Shown here: positions 24,251-37,985 of the stretch, piece by piece
Layout of the letters: every line of letters begins with the position of its first letter
Numbering within the stretch: the stretch's first letter is position 1
Origin: the human T2T-CHM13v2.0 reference genome, Homo sapiens
Reading direction: 5' to 3' (one strand)
Assembly (NCBI RefSeq): GCF_009914755.1
Contig: NC_060933.1
DNA length: 64,000 nucleotides
Notes under the pieces: generated by a model
The model's database searches: none
Told to the model about the DNA's origin: nothing
Seen by the model: the letters and a program-made list of their open reading frames with translations, nothing else
Position numbers and translations under genes: made by a program

Positions 24251-26649
24251 CAACAAAGGCTAGTCTTCAGTTTCCCTCTCCTCTACTCTGCCATCATAAC
24301 ACTCCAGAGTTCTCTGGAGAAAGAATGAGATGTGCTTAACAGACAAGACATAGCACAATGAACATTAATTTCTTTCCTACTGACCCAGATGCTGAGCTGC
24401 TGTGCAGCTGGACTCTTGACAGTGCCCAAACTCTGTGCCATTTCATGTCCATTTTTTGCTTTCCTACATGGTCTAAGACCTTTGAACCAAACTCATTGTG
24501 AATGTGTTTGTGTGTGTGTGCACACGTGCACACACACACACATTAGGGGCAGAGGAAGGAGAAAGTTCTAGGACCCCAAAAATTATACCCCCCCCCCCAA
24601 TGCTCACACCCCCGCCCAACTCAGAAAAGAAAACAGGTGAAAATGATTTAATCTCAGGAATGGTAAGAATTAGTTCTTGTGGGGTTCAAGCAAAAGGAAA
24701 TTCATATATGCTTTCTTTCTCCAACAAAATCTCAGGCACAGGCAAAATGGATTTAAAATAAAATCAGGTTGAGTATATAAAGAAAAAAAAAGGTAAGCAA
24801 ACAAACAAGGCACAACGTTCAATCAGAGAACTATGTAGGGAAGAAGTAAATCCACCTTCCTCGTGTGGGAGATAGGAGTGGGTATTTATGACCACATAGT
24901 AATGAATGAGTCTAAACTCCTCTCTTGCATCCATGTGATTTCTTTAGACATTTCCCAGTAGAATATATTTGATATTGTGCAGTGGCCATTCACCTTCTCA
25001 CCCAATAACACGTGTTGAGCAACCTCCATGTGCCAGACACTATACCAGGTGTTTTACATATTTTGGCACATTACAGTACATATATGGCATTGTAGGGCAC
25101 AAGAGAGAAAATGGTTGACTGCATCAAGGTAGGATTTGAAGCAGAAGCAAATCCTAAAAGAAAGACCATTATAGTATTAAAAGGTGAGAAAACTTGGATT
25201 AATGTCTCTAAATTTTATGAGAAAAATGACACTGCCCAATTCATGCTCCTTCTTATTTTAAGGGTGTCACGGGTATTAGCAGGTTAAGGTATATTACTGT
25301 AGCAAATATTTGATGACCAAAATGGGACAATATTATCTGCTTCTGCATGTGCTTGTTTCTCTATAGCAGAAATGGGGCATAATAATAGGTGATTATGCGA
25401 TGCTCTGCAGAACCCCACTTGGGCCTTGAGTAATGCCCATTCAGATAAGAAAATTGAGACCCAAAGAGGTTAAGTAATGCTAGCACAAAGCACTCTGAGA
25501 TGAGATACAAAACCAGCCTCTTCTATTAATTCCCAAAACCTACTCCACTGGGAAGGTTGGTAAAAGTGTGGGGACATTATGGTCATCAAAACTGAAGCTG
25601 GGGATTACTATTGGCATTTAGTGAGCCAGGGCCAAGAAGGTCAAAACTCACGTTATGCACAAACATGCCCACATATCAAAGAAGAGAGATTCAAGGGAGA
25701 AGAAGTGTATGTGTTGCTCAAATGCCAACAATATACCAGATGAAGCAATAGGGGCATCATATATAATTAACTTAATATTTAAAACAACATGTGAACTCTT
25801 TCATTAAAAATGTCAAGAGCTCCCTGCTGAAATATTTTTCTGAGTTTTAATCAGCGTCCATGATCAGACTCTTTCCAATGGACTAGGCATGTCTGTCTCT
25901 CAAATTGATTTCACAGGACATTTTAATTTTTTAAAAAGTATTTAAGGGGAATCGTCTACTTTCACCATCATTTCATAAAACAACAAATGCTGAAACATCA
26001 AACAAGCAAGAAGAACATAATCTCAGGAAAAAAGACAGTCAGTATGGAATGCATTTAGTGTTATGAAAAGCTCACTCAGTTGTTCCAGTTCTTCTCATTC
26101 TACCACAGGGCACCAACAACCTCACCATGGGCTGCATCCAACCTGTGGATCAGCTTTGGTGACCACTGACCTAAACGTCTTGGGCAATTTGCTCTTGGCA
26201 AAACCACTTTTTAAAGAGTGGGGCCAAAAAGTCAAAGACTGAGCTATGGCTCAGGCAAAACAGGAAGATCCAAAACCAGTGACCCAGAGCAAAAGAAAGG
26301 GAGTTGAGAAGGAATGACAAAAGGCAAAAAGAAAGTAGCCATCTTTGAGAAAAGGGTATCTGAGGTTTCCTAGAGCTTTCCTCTGCTTTTTAATAGGATT
26401 AGTAGAATCAGAAACCCTTCTTTTGGAAAATCCATGCCTCAGGAGTACCATTTTCTTTTTTCTACACTTTGTCAGAAGCCTAAAGTCCTTCCTCTCACAG
26501 TCTTTCGTGATTTCCATTGGTTGGTTTTTTTCTTCCTTTTCTATTAGCCCTTTTGTTCCTCCCTCTTTCCCCAACATAATGGCAATGTTTTCTTGGCCAT
26601 TTTGTGGTAATCTTCTGGCTCAGCAGTAGCTTCTTACAAGTCTGCAGTT

Positions 26650-26890
26650 TAGTGAGAGGTAGAACAGAGGTTACTAGCCACAGAATGGAAAGTTCACAGG
26701 CTTGGGAGTAAGTGGAGGAGGCTGGTTTTTCCTCCCAGCTGAGAATGCTTCATGGTAGCATTACTTAACCTCTTTGATCCTGAGCTTTCTTATCTGCAAG
26801 ATGTGTTTAGCATTACCTCATCCATTGCAATGAATACTAAATAAGACTATAGATATTCAGCATAACTTGCATTCAATAAATGTTAGCTGC
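26650..26890 (+). mobile_element. MIR SINE
   Basis: TTACTTAACCTCTTTGATCCTGAGCTTTCTTATCTGCAAGATG...TCAATAAATGTTAGCTG. Confidence 0.75.
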
Positions 26891-27419
26891 TTCTTCACCT
26901 CCCTTTTCCCTGTCTTCTACATTGTTCACAATCGTTCTGTCATTTGCCTGTGTGACAGGTCTTTCCCAGTCTTTCAATTGATTCTTCTGTCATTTTATAC
27001 TCACTGTGACTGAAGACAAGCAGGCTACAATCCAAAGACTCACCCAAGACCCTCCATCTGTATGATTTTCAAGCACAGCTAACAACTCACAGTCTGCTTC
27101 CTCTCGCCTCTCAGATATTTTCCCACATGAAAGGTCCTCAGCTTCATCTCAACATACTAAATGATTGTTGTCAACGGTCCATTCAACCACAAGCCTCAGC
27201 TGACGTTGTCTCAATATGATTTTGTCTGGATTGACTTGTTGGGATTGTTTTTGTTTGGTTTGGTTTTTGTTTGGTTTTGCTTTCTTTTGGATATTGGATA
27301 AAACCTCATTTAAAAGAAATATCTATTAATTCAACCGAAGGGAACTAACTCTTCTTTCTGCCTATATTTCTTCTAATAAGAAGAAGTAAATGTATACACA
27401 GTTCTTATGGAGGGGAAGT

Positions 27420-27650
27420 AAATCTTGGCAGTTAGCCAGACTATATGAGTTTCAATTCCAGCTCCACCTATGTTACTATGGGAATTACTCAATTTCTCTC
27501 TGCCTCAGTTTTCCTGTCCATATTATAGTGATAATAATAGTATTTGACTTATGGAGTCACTATAAGGAATCAAAAGCTAATACAAGTGAAATGTTTAAGA
27601 CATCACCTGACACGTGGCAGTGCTCCAAAATTATCACTATTATTAATCAG
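27420..27650 (+). mobile_element. MIR SINE
   Basis: AGCCAGACTATATGAGTTTCAATTCCAGCTCCACC...TCTCTGCCTCAGTTTTCCTGTC...CCTGACACGTGG. Confidence 0.8.
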
Positions 27651-28394
27651 TAGCTTTTCAACAAACAATTAGTGAGTACCCACTAAGTCTTAGGCATAGT
27701 CCTAGAGACTATAAAAGATTAAAAATGGATCACCTCCTCTTCTTAGCTTTCAGAGATCTTATAACTGGGAAATAAGAGAACTTATTGAAGTTGAAGGCTA
27801 TTTATTAGCTTACAAAGCACTTCTCACAGTCATGTGGTATAATTACTATCCTCATTTTTTGCAAGGAGCAAATTAGGTGCCCTGACCTGTGGCACTTAGC
27901 AAAAATGCATCACGCCAACACTGTTTCCAGGATATTTTACTCCAGAGACCCATGCTATTTAACTTCTAGAACATCAAGGCTCACAAGATGTATCAGAGAG
28001 TATCTCACATTTTTTTTTAAGAATTTACTTAGCTCCTAATAATTCAAGTAAAGCCATAGGACTTATGCAGATAGTATCTCTGTCTCCAATTAAGAGGGTC
28101 TAAGTAGGCCAGGGCATTCTCCCACTTCAGGAAGGAGTACCTGGAAACATGAACATTGCTCTTTCTGGAGCCACTAGAAAAAGCCCTCCTTGCCCACTCT
28201 CAGTGTGAAACTGCAATCAGCTTTCTAAGGGAGCTTTAAAAGTTTCAGATCAATATTAATATTGAATAATTGAGCCTTTACATGATTTCTCTCTATGGGA
28301 ACACATACATGTATCTATGATGACAAAAGAAAACACCACTGATAAAACAGACAAGATCCATGGGCTGCTTCTTTTGGTGTCTCCAACAAATGTT

Positions 28395-28483
28395 TTTACC
28401 ACCCTAGTAACTCTTGCATCTAGCACAGTGCCTGGAGCATAGGAAATGTTCAATACATAGTTGCTGAATTAATGAATGAATGA
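28395..28483 (+). mobile_element. L2 3' end
   Basis: TCTAGCACAGTGCCTGGAGCATAGGAAATGTTCAATACATAGTTGCTGAATTAATGAATGAATGA. Confidence 0.8.
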
Positions 28484-29007
28484 CGGTGTTCTATACAAAC
28501 TATTTAAAAAGGCTTTGAAAGTCAGTTTTTGACATTTATTAAAATGAGAGACATGGTGAACTTTTAAGAATCTTCGTGGAATTGCAATGGTTAATTTTAA
28601 ACTTTCTTTTCTTTTTGTAACTGCGAACAGAGAAGAAGCATGGTACAACTGAGAGAACACTGGAATAGGTGTTGGAAAACCTAGTCTTCAAGCCCTAAAA
28701 CTGGGTTATTTTGTGACATGGAGCACGTTAAGTTATCCTCTCAGGGTCTTGGTTTTCAGTTTTGTAAAGTGCGAAGAGCTGCAGTAGGTTACTTCAGCAA
28801 TCCTTGCCTGTGCATTTCAAAATACCATAACTTTTATATGTGTATAACCTGAAAAATCGGGATGAAAAGTATTTGATGAAAGTGAGCAATAGGCAAATGA
28901 TGTCCCATGTGCACCTCCATCCTTTTAAGGGCTCCTTCCCTTATGGAGTTGCCCTTCCTACCTGAGGTCCTTGCCCATCAAAACCTGCACTCATAAGGGG
29001 TTTGGTT

Positions 29008-29526
29008 TCACGTTAGCTATCAATTGCTGCATAACAAATTACCCTAAAACTTAGCAGCTTTAAACAACAAGCCCTTATACTCTCACTGTTTCTGTGGGCC
29101 AAGAATTTGGCACATCTTAACTGGGTGTCTGTGGCTCAGGGTCTCTCATGAGGTTGTCAATCAAGCTGTCAGCCAGGGCTGCAGTCATGTCAAGGTTTAA
29201 CTGCAGCTGAAAAATCTGATTCGAAGATCACTCATGTGCCCATTGCCAGGGCTCAGCTTCTGGCTATGTGGACCTCTCCATAGACTGCCTGAATGTCCTC
29301 ATGACATGAGAGTCGGTGTTCTGAGCGAGGAGAGTTTGAACATGCCCAAGATGAAAGCCACAGTTGTTACAGAAATAATCTTGGAAAAGACACTCCATCA
29401 CTTCTGCCCTATCCTATTTGTCAGAATTGGGTCAACAAGCCCAGCATACACTCAGGGTAAGGGCATTAAACAAGGCAATACCAGCAGGCAAGGACCGGTG
29501 GGCCATCTTAGAGACTGCCTCCCATA
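29008..29526 (-). mobile_element. MLT1F/H-type LTR
   Basis: GTTAGCTATCAATTGCTGCATAACAAATTACCCTAAAACTTAGCAGCTTTAAACAAC...GGCCATCTTAGAGACTGCCTCCCA. Confidence 0.8.
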
Positions 29527-29765
29527 GCTCTCACTTACACACTACTATGAACCCTAGACATGTGGTTCATCAGGAGGTATTCATTTTAATTGGGAGATAT
29601 TAGTCTCCCAATTAAACAAGACATTAAACAAGGCAACACCAGGAGGCAAGGACTGCTGAGTCATCTTAGAGATTGCCTGCCACAGCTATCACTTACACAC
29701 TCGTACGAACTCCAGATATGTGGTTAGTCGGGAAGTATTTGTTTTAATTGGGACATATCAGTCTC
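29464..29765. repeat. Old ~144-bp tandem duplication with a palindromic junction
   Basis: Copy 1 at 29464-29607 and copy 2 at 29622-29765, roughly 80-85% identical by eye. Confidence 0.9.
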
Positions 29766-29881
29766 TGTCCACTCAATGAGAAAATTCAAGCCTATTTGAT
29801 GAAAGGCAGAAGTTAGCTAGTAAGGTAGAAACAAAGGTGGAATGGGAAGAGAAAGGATATGGCTCACATTAGAAGGGAAAC

Positions 29882-30380
29882 TGTGGCCATATATATTGAG
29901 TCCCATCACATGTTAATCATGGTGATGGGCACCCTGATGGCTTTGGCTGACCCAGCTCTCCCCATGTCTCACATATAACCTTGAGAATCACTGTAGAACG
30001 TGCTAAGAGTGCAACATGCTGAGCTAAGGAGAAACTGCCTGGAACAGCTTTGTTCCCACCCCTCCTAGAACATGATGTCCTACAACACTTTGGCCCAGTG
30101 ATCCTAGTGTCCCCCCAGAGTATAAAAACCCAACACAGAATGCTTTGGAGATACCTCAGCTGCAGCATGATGTGGATCACATACAGATGAGACCCCATCT
30201 GCCCTGGGCAGCTTTTCTCAGCCTTGGGAAATGAGCGTGTGGTGAATCTGAGGCTTCTGTTGTTCCTTGCTGTTTAATCCGTGAGTAATAAAGTTGCTTT
30301 GCTTAGCTTGTATGAGAGTTCTGTCTCACCAGACTCATGTACGTGCTAGAGTAACCCGTACATGGTGAACCTGTTTCATA
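29882..30380 (+). mobile_element. ERVL solo LTR (MER54/MER74/LTR47 group)
   Basis: GAATCACTGTAGAACGTGCTAAGAGTGCAACATGCTGAG...GAACAGC...TATAAAAACCC (TATA) ...AATAAA...GTGAACCTGTTTCATA. Confidence 0.7.
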
Positions 30381-30509
30381 ACAGGGTCAGATAAAATTTA
30401 GTATTCCCTGAGATACAATATATTTGTTGTTGGCTAGTTCCTGCAAACTTCCATCACCCTACAAGGAGAATTAACTGAAAAAATTGTCTCAACCTATTTG
30501 AAGACCAGA

Positions 30510-30730
30510 GGCAGGATATCATAGTGAATGGAGCATGGGCCCCTTGTCACCTTGCAATTGTAGATGTGTCATTTAAACTCTCTAAATCTTAGTTTCCCCA
30601 CCTGAAAAAAAAAGAACTGTGTCACTCAAACTATCTATCTCACAGATGTATGATGGAAATGAATACTTATTTCTGAGAAAGTTCTTTACAAACAATAGCA
30701 CCATCCAAGGGAAGAAGATACTATGATTAT
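30510..30730 (+). mobile_element. MIR SINE
   Basis: ATAGTGAATGGAGCATGGGC...GTCATTTAAACTCTCTAAATCTTAGTTTCCCCACCTGAAAA. Confidence 0.7.
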
Positions 30731-30859
30731 GCAATTTTTCTCAGGCACAGTGAGAGAACTAACTCTTGACCTCTCTATATTTTACAACAAATATGTGCAA
30801 ATGCTTAGACATTTACAGAAACCATGTTATTGCTAAAAATCATGAGCCTATCAAGGATG

Positions 30860-31252
30860 CTTTACTCATGAGGATTAACTAAATTATGCTATCAAAACAA
30901 TCCCAAAATTGGAGCCACTTAAAATGACAAAACATTATTTCTTTCTCGTACTATATGTCCATCCCACATTGACTGAAGCTCTGCTCTGTGACATCATAAT
31001 TTGATGGTGGGTCCTGAACTAGTGAAGCAGCCATTGGCCCAGCCAGCCTGGAGAGGTGAAAATAGAAACATACACACTGGCTCTTAGGCAGCCCAGAAGC
31101 CGCATAACCCATTCCCTCTTTCACTTCATTGTCCGAAGCAAGTCATACAGCCAAGACTAATTTCAGAGAGAGAAAGAAGTACAATCTTCCCACGTACCCA
31201 TGAAGAGAGGGGCTCTGTGAGCATCAGGAGACAGCAATAATGTCTTCCACAG
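30860..31252 (-). mobile_element. Old MLT1 (K/L-type) LTR
   Basis: ATGCTATCAAAACAATCCCAAAATTGGAGCCACTTAAAATGACAAAACATTATTTC...TTCATTGTCCGAAGCAAGTCATACAGCC. Confidence 0.55.
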
Positions 31253-33148
31253 TGCCTTCTGAGAAAATAGAAGGTTTGTGTTTTCAAGCCACAGGAGACA
31301 ATTAACCCGTAACAGAGTTCTAATCTGTGGGCAGGGCTTCTAATTTATGAATCATTTAAGATTATTTTTTTCTGCAATGAGTGATTACACCAAAATTATT
31401 TTTTATTAAAGAAAACACAGGGCCTATTAGGAAATGTTATCATCAATACTTCCTGCAGTGTGTCTCTAACTCATATTTCTGCAGAGAGAAGTCTGAAGTG
31501 GTGCTGCGGTGCCTGTGTGCATTCATCTGTGAATGTGTTCTTGGGACACTGGGAAGTGGAAACACGTGATTGGCTTAAGGTCAAGTTTAGTCAATGCTTA
31601 TAAATTTCTCTTTGCAAGGTTAATGACTTAGCCCCTTCTAATTTAGCTGCACTGAAACTTGTTATAAATTTGTTAGCTCAGTTGCGTCTGTTTTAGGTCG
31701 GCCTTCAAATTGCAGGCTGCTCTCACTCCTTCCCCAAGCTTCCTCCTGTAAGGTTTCTTTGCGCTACGTCAATCCAAATGAACACTGAATTTAGGCTTCA
31801 TTAGTTCTGGCTTCTACTCCCAGCTCTTCCATTAGCTAACTGTATTGCTTTGGAAAAGTTGCTTTACCTCTCCAGGCCTTATCTGTAAAACAAGGGAGTT
31901 GGCAGGGAAAAGATCTTCTAGCTATAACTACGTGTGATTCTAAGTCATGCTGTGAAGGCAGATAGAGAATATGTTTGTTTCTTCCTCTTTTCTGAGTTTA
32001 TCAACAACTGGAGGAGCTATCTCAGTGCGAGCTTGGCCTCCTAACATACAGCAAAATGCCTTTGAAGATCAGTCACATTTCAGCACCTCCCGATGCATTA
32101 TTTCCTCGGTTCCCTCCTTGAGAGCATTGAAGTACAGACCTCAGCCATAAGGTGCAATTTGTATGCAGTGTACTTTTTAATACCCTTTTCCTTACTTAAA
32201 ACAAAAAAGTATACACACAGGTTGCAAAATATTCCTCTACTTATATTATCTTATGCTTTTAAGGGTTTTTGCTAGGATGATGATGTTGTGGATTTTAACC
32301 ACAGGTTAAGTAACTGCTCTAGCTTTTAATTACTCATCGTTCTTAACATTTTTATAGTCACATATGTAACATTCAATGGATTCAAACATTCTGGAGCACC
32401 AGCTAGGAAAACGGGGTCATATTCCTTCACATGGTTTTGTTGGTATGAGGCCATTGAAGAAATGATTTCAGTAAGAGAAAAGTGTTTCTCAGGTGCCCAA
32501 CTATAAATAGCTTCCTAAAAAATGTCTTTAAGGACAAGTTAATGTTTCGCTTGGAAATGCCTTCAGCACCTTAAAAATGTTAATCTCAGATTCACAGTCT
32601 TTTCTGGATTTTCTCAGCTCCAATGAGTAACTTGGAAATCCTAAAGATTTTGAAGTCGTGTACATTTTGATTAAAACCCTAGTCACCGAGTAACCTTGAG
32701 CAAGTTATGTAAATTCTCTGAGCCTCGGTTTCTTCATCAACAAAAATGGAAAGGTACCTATCTAATGAATCGTTGTGATGGTAACTAAAAAGTAATCTGA
32801 GTATACATTATCCATGACAGATGACCAACATCTTCATTCCCACAAAACTGTTGGGATGAGGTTTGCGTTATGTATGTCAGTACCGAACTTACATCAAAAG
32901 ATTAGGTCAGACATTTAAAAAGCATGAAAAACAGGTATAAATTGGTTTAGGCAAATCTATCTCATAAGTAAAGAAAATGATTATTTGAATTTTGTCAAAA
33001 TTCAGCTGGAGTGTTGTAAGCTTCCTGGTGATCACTGAGTTAGTAATCTTCTCCTACGTTCTGCTTCATTCTTTGACTTTATTGTTTCAATGGGCTACAC
33101 AGATCCAAAAGTGAGGATAGGAGACTTCTATTAGGCTGGCCAGCATGA

Positions 33149-33499
<351 letters not shown>

Positions 33500-36400
33500 T
33501 AGCAATCAAACATTTCTTCATCATTCAAATGACAACTCCAAGATATGTCCATCACCTGTTTATACCTATTATATCTGAATTAAGCCATACATCTTTTTAT
33601 ACTTTCAGTATTTTTAAGTAGAAATCTTGAGAAAATACTGAACAGAAGGAAATTATGCTGTACTGGAGTTCTATCTGTACTTCAACTTAGCATCTATAAA
33701 ATGTTCTTTCTTGTTATCCACTGGTCAGTTTATAATTCAATTTTGTTTTTATTCTATGCCTATGGTTCTTTCCTAATATTTTTTTTAACTTTAACAATTT
33801 TCTGAGGAAAAGAACCAAGCTCACTTTTCCTAAGTTTCAGGTCTTTATAAAAAGCTCAATTCAGGTACTATTTCTGAGTTTCTCTTCATTCCCATGCATT
33901 AAGATTTCTTGATTTCTTCCTTCAAAAACAGTTGTCCCTCTTGCTGTTTTTTTGTTTTTTTGTTTTGTTTTTTTTTTTTGGCTCCTCTTCCCAAATTCAG
34001 TTTTATTTTCTCAGGCCCCAAACAAAGAACACAGAACCTTAGAGCTAGAAGAGATCTCACATATTATCTAGTCTTCCTGCTACAGATAAAGAAAGCAAGG
34101 CCCTGAGAAATTACATGAACTATCTTCTAGCTCCCAATCCTTTTCAGTATGAACCCCTCTTGACCCCCCTTCTTCCTGTCAAAATAGAAGAAAGAAGAAA
34201 GAAAAAATTAGTTGTTTTAACTTGGGCAAGTAATTTTGATTCTTCGAATTATTTTCTCATCTACGAAATGTGGGTGTTTGGGTTGATGGGCAACATGAAG
34301 AGGAGTCTGGGGAAATTAGATACATGGCCTATGAATCCTTTTCCAAGTTATAAAACCTACGATTAAGGTATAATGGAGTCATTTAATCTATCTACCAGGA
34401 AGTGGAGGGATCTGACAGGCTTATTTCCTTTCTTCCCAATGCCACCTTACAGCTGTGGTCTTGTGGTAATATGGCTGCTACAGTTAGAAACCAAAATTAG
34501 AAACCAAGCAACCACAAGAGGAAAGGCTCTGGAACAATTCTAGGCCCTGACCCAGCATTTCCAACCAAAGACACTGCAGGCGTCCACGCTTTGCTGCACA
34601 TATGGTCTCTAGTCTGCAACTCTATGAACAGTGGGCAATCTCCACATACCTCAAATGCATACCTAGAAACCTTCATGCTCACTTAACTGAGACTTTTCAA
34701 CAAATCTTAGAGAAAAAGAAAACTAGATAACCAGTTACTTAACTACGGACTATAACTCAACTCATAGCAGAGTATCATCAACAGTTCTGCTGCCATGATC
34801 CAACATCAGAGAAATACTCGTTTTTCATCAGAACCACTGATATGAGCTTCTCTGACATTGAGCTATGGATTTTATTGTTATTTTAAAGAGAAATTACTGT
34901 CAAGCACATGAATTTTATAACATCTGTTTTCATTCTGAAACCCTTTTTCCCAAAGAAGTTTCCTTTTTTTCTCAAAGAAGTAAGAATTACCATAGAAGAC
35001 CCAAGAATTCTAAAAACTTCACAAACTTATACATAAAAATTAAACAAGTTGTCAAAGTCATGGATTTGGGGGTGAAAGGGAGGAGGTTGCAAACTAGTCA
35101 TACTGATGACCTAACCTTAGGAACACCAAAAGAGAAAAGTACCCACTGGATTCTTCTCTTCCTATCCAATTATATAATAACATAGAGATAAATTCCAAGA
35201 TTCACTTCAGTTTAGAATTCTTTCATGATGATTCCCAGGTTGTCTGAGGTATAAACCATTATGTTCATCCCCCAGAGAGCCACAAGGAATTAGAAAAATA
35301 CAACAGATCCCTGGAGTCAAGAACTCTTAGCCCTTTACCCACAAATGACACTCAGCTGGGTCAATAATACTTGCTTTCTAAAAAAATACAGGGATGTGAT
35401 ATTACTCCTTTATTAAAACAACTTTTTGAGCTGGCCTGTTTATGTGATTTTTTTAAAAAAAAACAGTGTGTTGGTGAATTATGTTACAATTAGTGAAATT
35501 TCAGGAAGGAAACCACTCAGGACTCATATTTTATGACTGTGTCACTTGAAATATTATGGCTAGAGTCTGATTTATCAACAATCTGCTAGAGGGATGATAG
35601 TCTTCTTCTGTATTTTTAAGAGTGCAAAAGGAAGACTTGAGTAGTTATTATGTGGCCAGCAACTGATTTATATTGCTTCCCATTGCAGTCAAATAATCTT
35701 GAGCAAAAAGGGGGGAAAGGGTAATTGTAACAGTACAACCTCGCTGTAAAACATAGAGTGTTCTCTTTATACGGAGTTTCTCAATGTGAAGTTTTGTGTG
35801 ACATTTAATATTGTGGCTGGACTTTCATGTCAGCTGAAATCAAAATTCTCACGTAATTACAAAAGGTACATCCTGTGGTTCTCAAGCCACAAAATGATGG
35901 CCTAGAACAGAAGGGAAAATATACCTGGGGGATGGGAACGTGTGAAATCCTTGCTTTTTTTTTTTTTTTTTTTTATCATAGCTAACAAGCAAAAGAAACA
36001 CCACCCCGGCACCCATGGTTTTGACTCAAACATGTAATGTGTGGGTTCAGAGGATGCTACCGAAATCCCACTTATGTCTGTTGCCGATCATGTTTCTCTA
36101 ATGGTATGTTTTAGACATAGAGCTCTATGACTAGGGACAGGCTTAACTCAAACTACACTGAGGTTTGGAAGAACATGCCTGCCAGGAGCCTAATGTACTT
36201 AATACAACAGGGCTGGGTCAAGAAAGTGTCATTTGGTATTGCTACAACGATAGGAGGCACAGGCTATTTTAAGAACAATATGGTTTGGGGTGATCTCTGT
36301 GAAGTTTATGAGTAGTCAGAGAAGAGAACATAAAACTTGCTCTACACATGTAATTAAAATACAGGGTAACTAAATTCATGTGCAAGTAATAGGAGAGCAG

Positions 36401-37814
36401 AGTGGAGCCAGGGGATCATAATCAGCATCCTGGTTGAAGTGAAAAGCAATTTGTGGTGGCGCTTTCAAATTCCTACTTTAGTGGACAGATTTGGAAAGCT
36501 CACGTATAGTCTTCCTGGCTGGGTGGGTTTACTATCATAGCCCTTTCATTTTAAAAATGTCTCTAAAAATAGCAGTTGGGTTTGGTTTTGTTTTTTTTCT
36601 CCAGGAGAAATCACACCATTTTATAAACAAATCACTGTTTCATAGAAGCAAACATCTAACAGCTAAGCTGCACAGTAATCGGTGTTTCTATTCTCCTTCT
36701 ATGTGGGGTGGGGAAGGTTACTGGGCCTGAAACTCCAGCATTCAGAGATGGCCTCCCACACTTCCATGGGGCCTATCAAATTCCAAAGCGTATTCTACAT
36801 GTGGATTTGTGAAACAGAGACAATAGAGTTGGGGAGGAGACTTTACGAAATAACAGATATTACTAACTACCCTGCAGTTGGCTATTCTGTGGTCCAAACA
36901 TCTGTATGATGGACTGAATTATTCACTTTGTCCTGGAATATCAGGAACCACCCATCTCTCCTGGCCAGATGGGGCAGTTGGGATGGCTTAGACTGTTAAC
37001 CATGCACCATGCTACTACCAATTGGCAGACTGCCTACGTGACCAAGACTTGGCTCCACACAGAAACGTTCAACTGTTATTCCTAATAAGCCCTATAAAAC
37101 AGACCCCAAACAGCCACAGACCAGATTTATAAGGTGGTTGGGGACGGGGAGATAGTAGGATTTGAAGAGATCGTGAAAGAACAAAAGATCTTCCACATGG
37201 GTTTGGATTATAAGTGATCTGTAAAAAGAACAATCATGCACAGAATACTATCTGTGGACCATGGCCTCCAGAATGTCAACATCTAAACCATACATGCATA
37301 TTTTGGGGAAAACTATCTCTCTTGTTTTTAAGTGAATTGTTAGCTTGTACCATGAACTATATCAACTTGCAGAACATTAAAGTGAAAAGGGTATTAGACC
37401 CCATCTTAATTAATGTCATCGTTTTCCCCTAAGGGGAAAAATGTCCAAAGACACAGCACAGTCAACTTTTAATACTGTGGACCAATCCTGTGTTCTGGAG
37501 ATAGAGCATAAATGTGAAGAGACAAGCATGGGCTCTGGATCAGACAGATTCGGCATGGTGTCCCATCTCTGCCACATTCTAGACGCTACTTCCCCTCTTA
37601 GAGTCTCTGTGTCTATGCCTCCTAGGTCAGAATAAGATCAGATCGAGGTCAGCAATGGCTGCCTCTCTCTAAATGTGGCACTAGCCCCTGCTCAGGCAGC
37701 ATTCATAACAAGAAGAGTGTTTGCATTAGGTAAGATGAGAAGATTCCAAGAAAAAAAAAATAACTTTTAGTGGATTGGCAGAAAAAGAAAAAAAAAAATC
37801 CATCAAATATTCTG

Positions 37815-37985
37815 GTGCTTAAGTTTTCCCTAGATCCCTGGGGCTTCTAGAGCCTACCTTCTAGGACCCACTGGGGCAAAGAGAGACTGAGGGGGTGGGA
37901 TTCCAGGACACTCCTACCCACCTCTACTCCCACCTTCAACTAGAGCAGCTTTGTGTCTTTCTCTTTCACATATTGGGCTCCTCAG
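37815..37985. mobile_element. Possible hAT-Charlie MITE (MER117-like)
   Basis: CCACCTTCAACTAGAGCAGCTTTGTGTCTTTCTCTTTCACATATTGGGCTCC resembles the recalled consensus. Confidence 0.4.

Noticed and set aside
31555-31590. CACGTG-ATTGG-AAGGTCA motif cluster
   Set aside because: Short motifs only; insufficient without conservation or chromatin data
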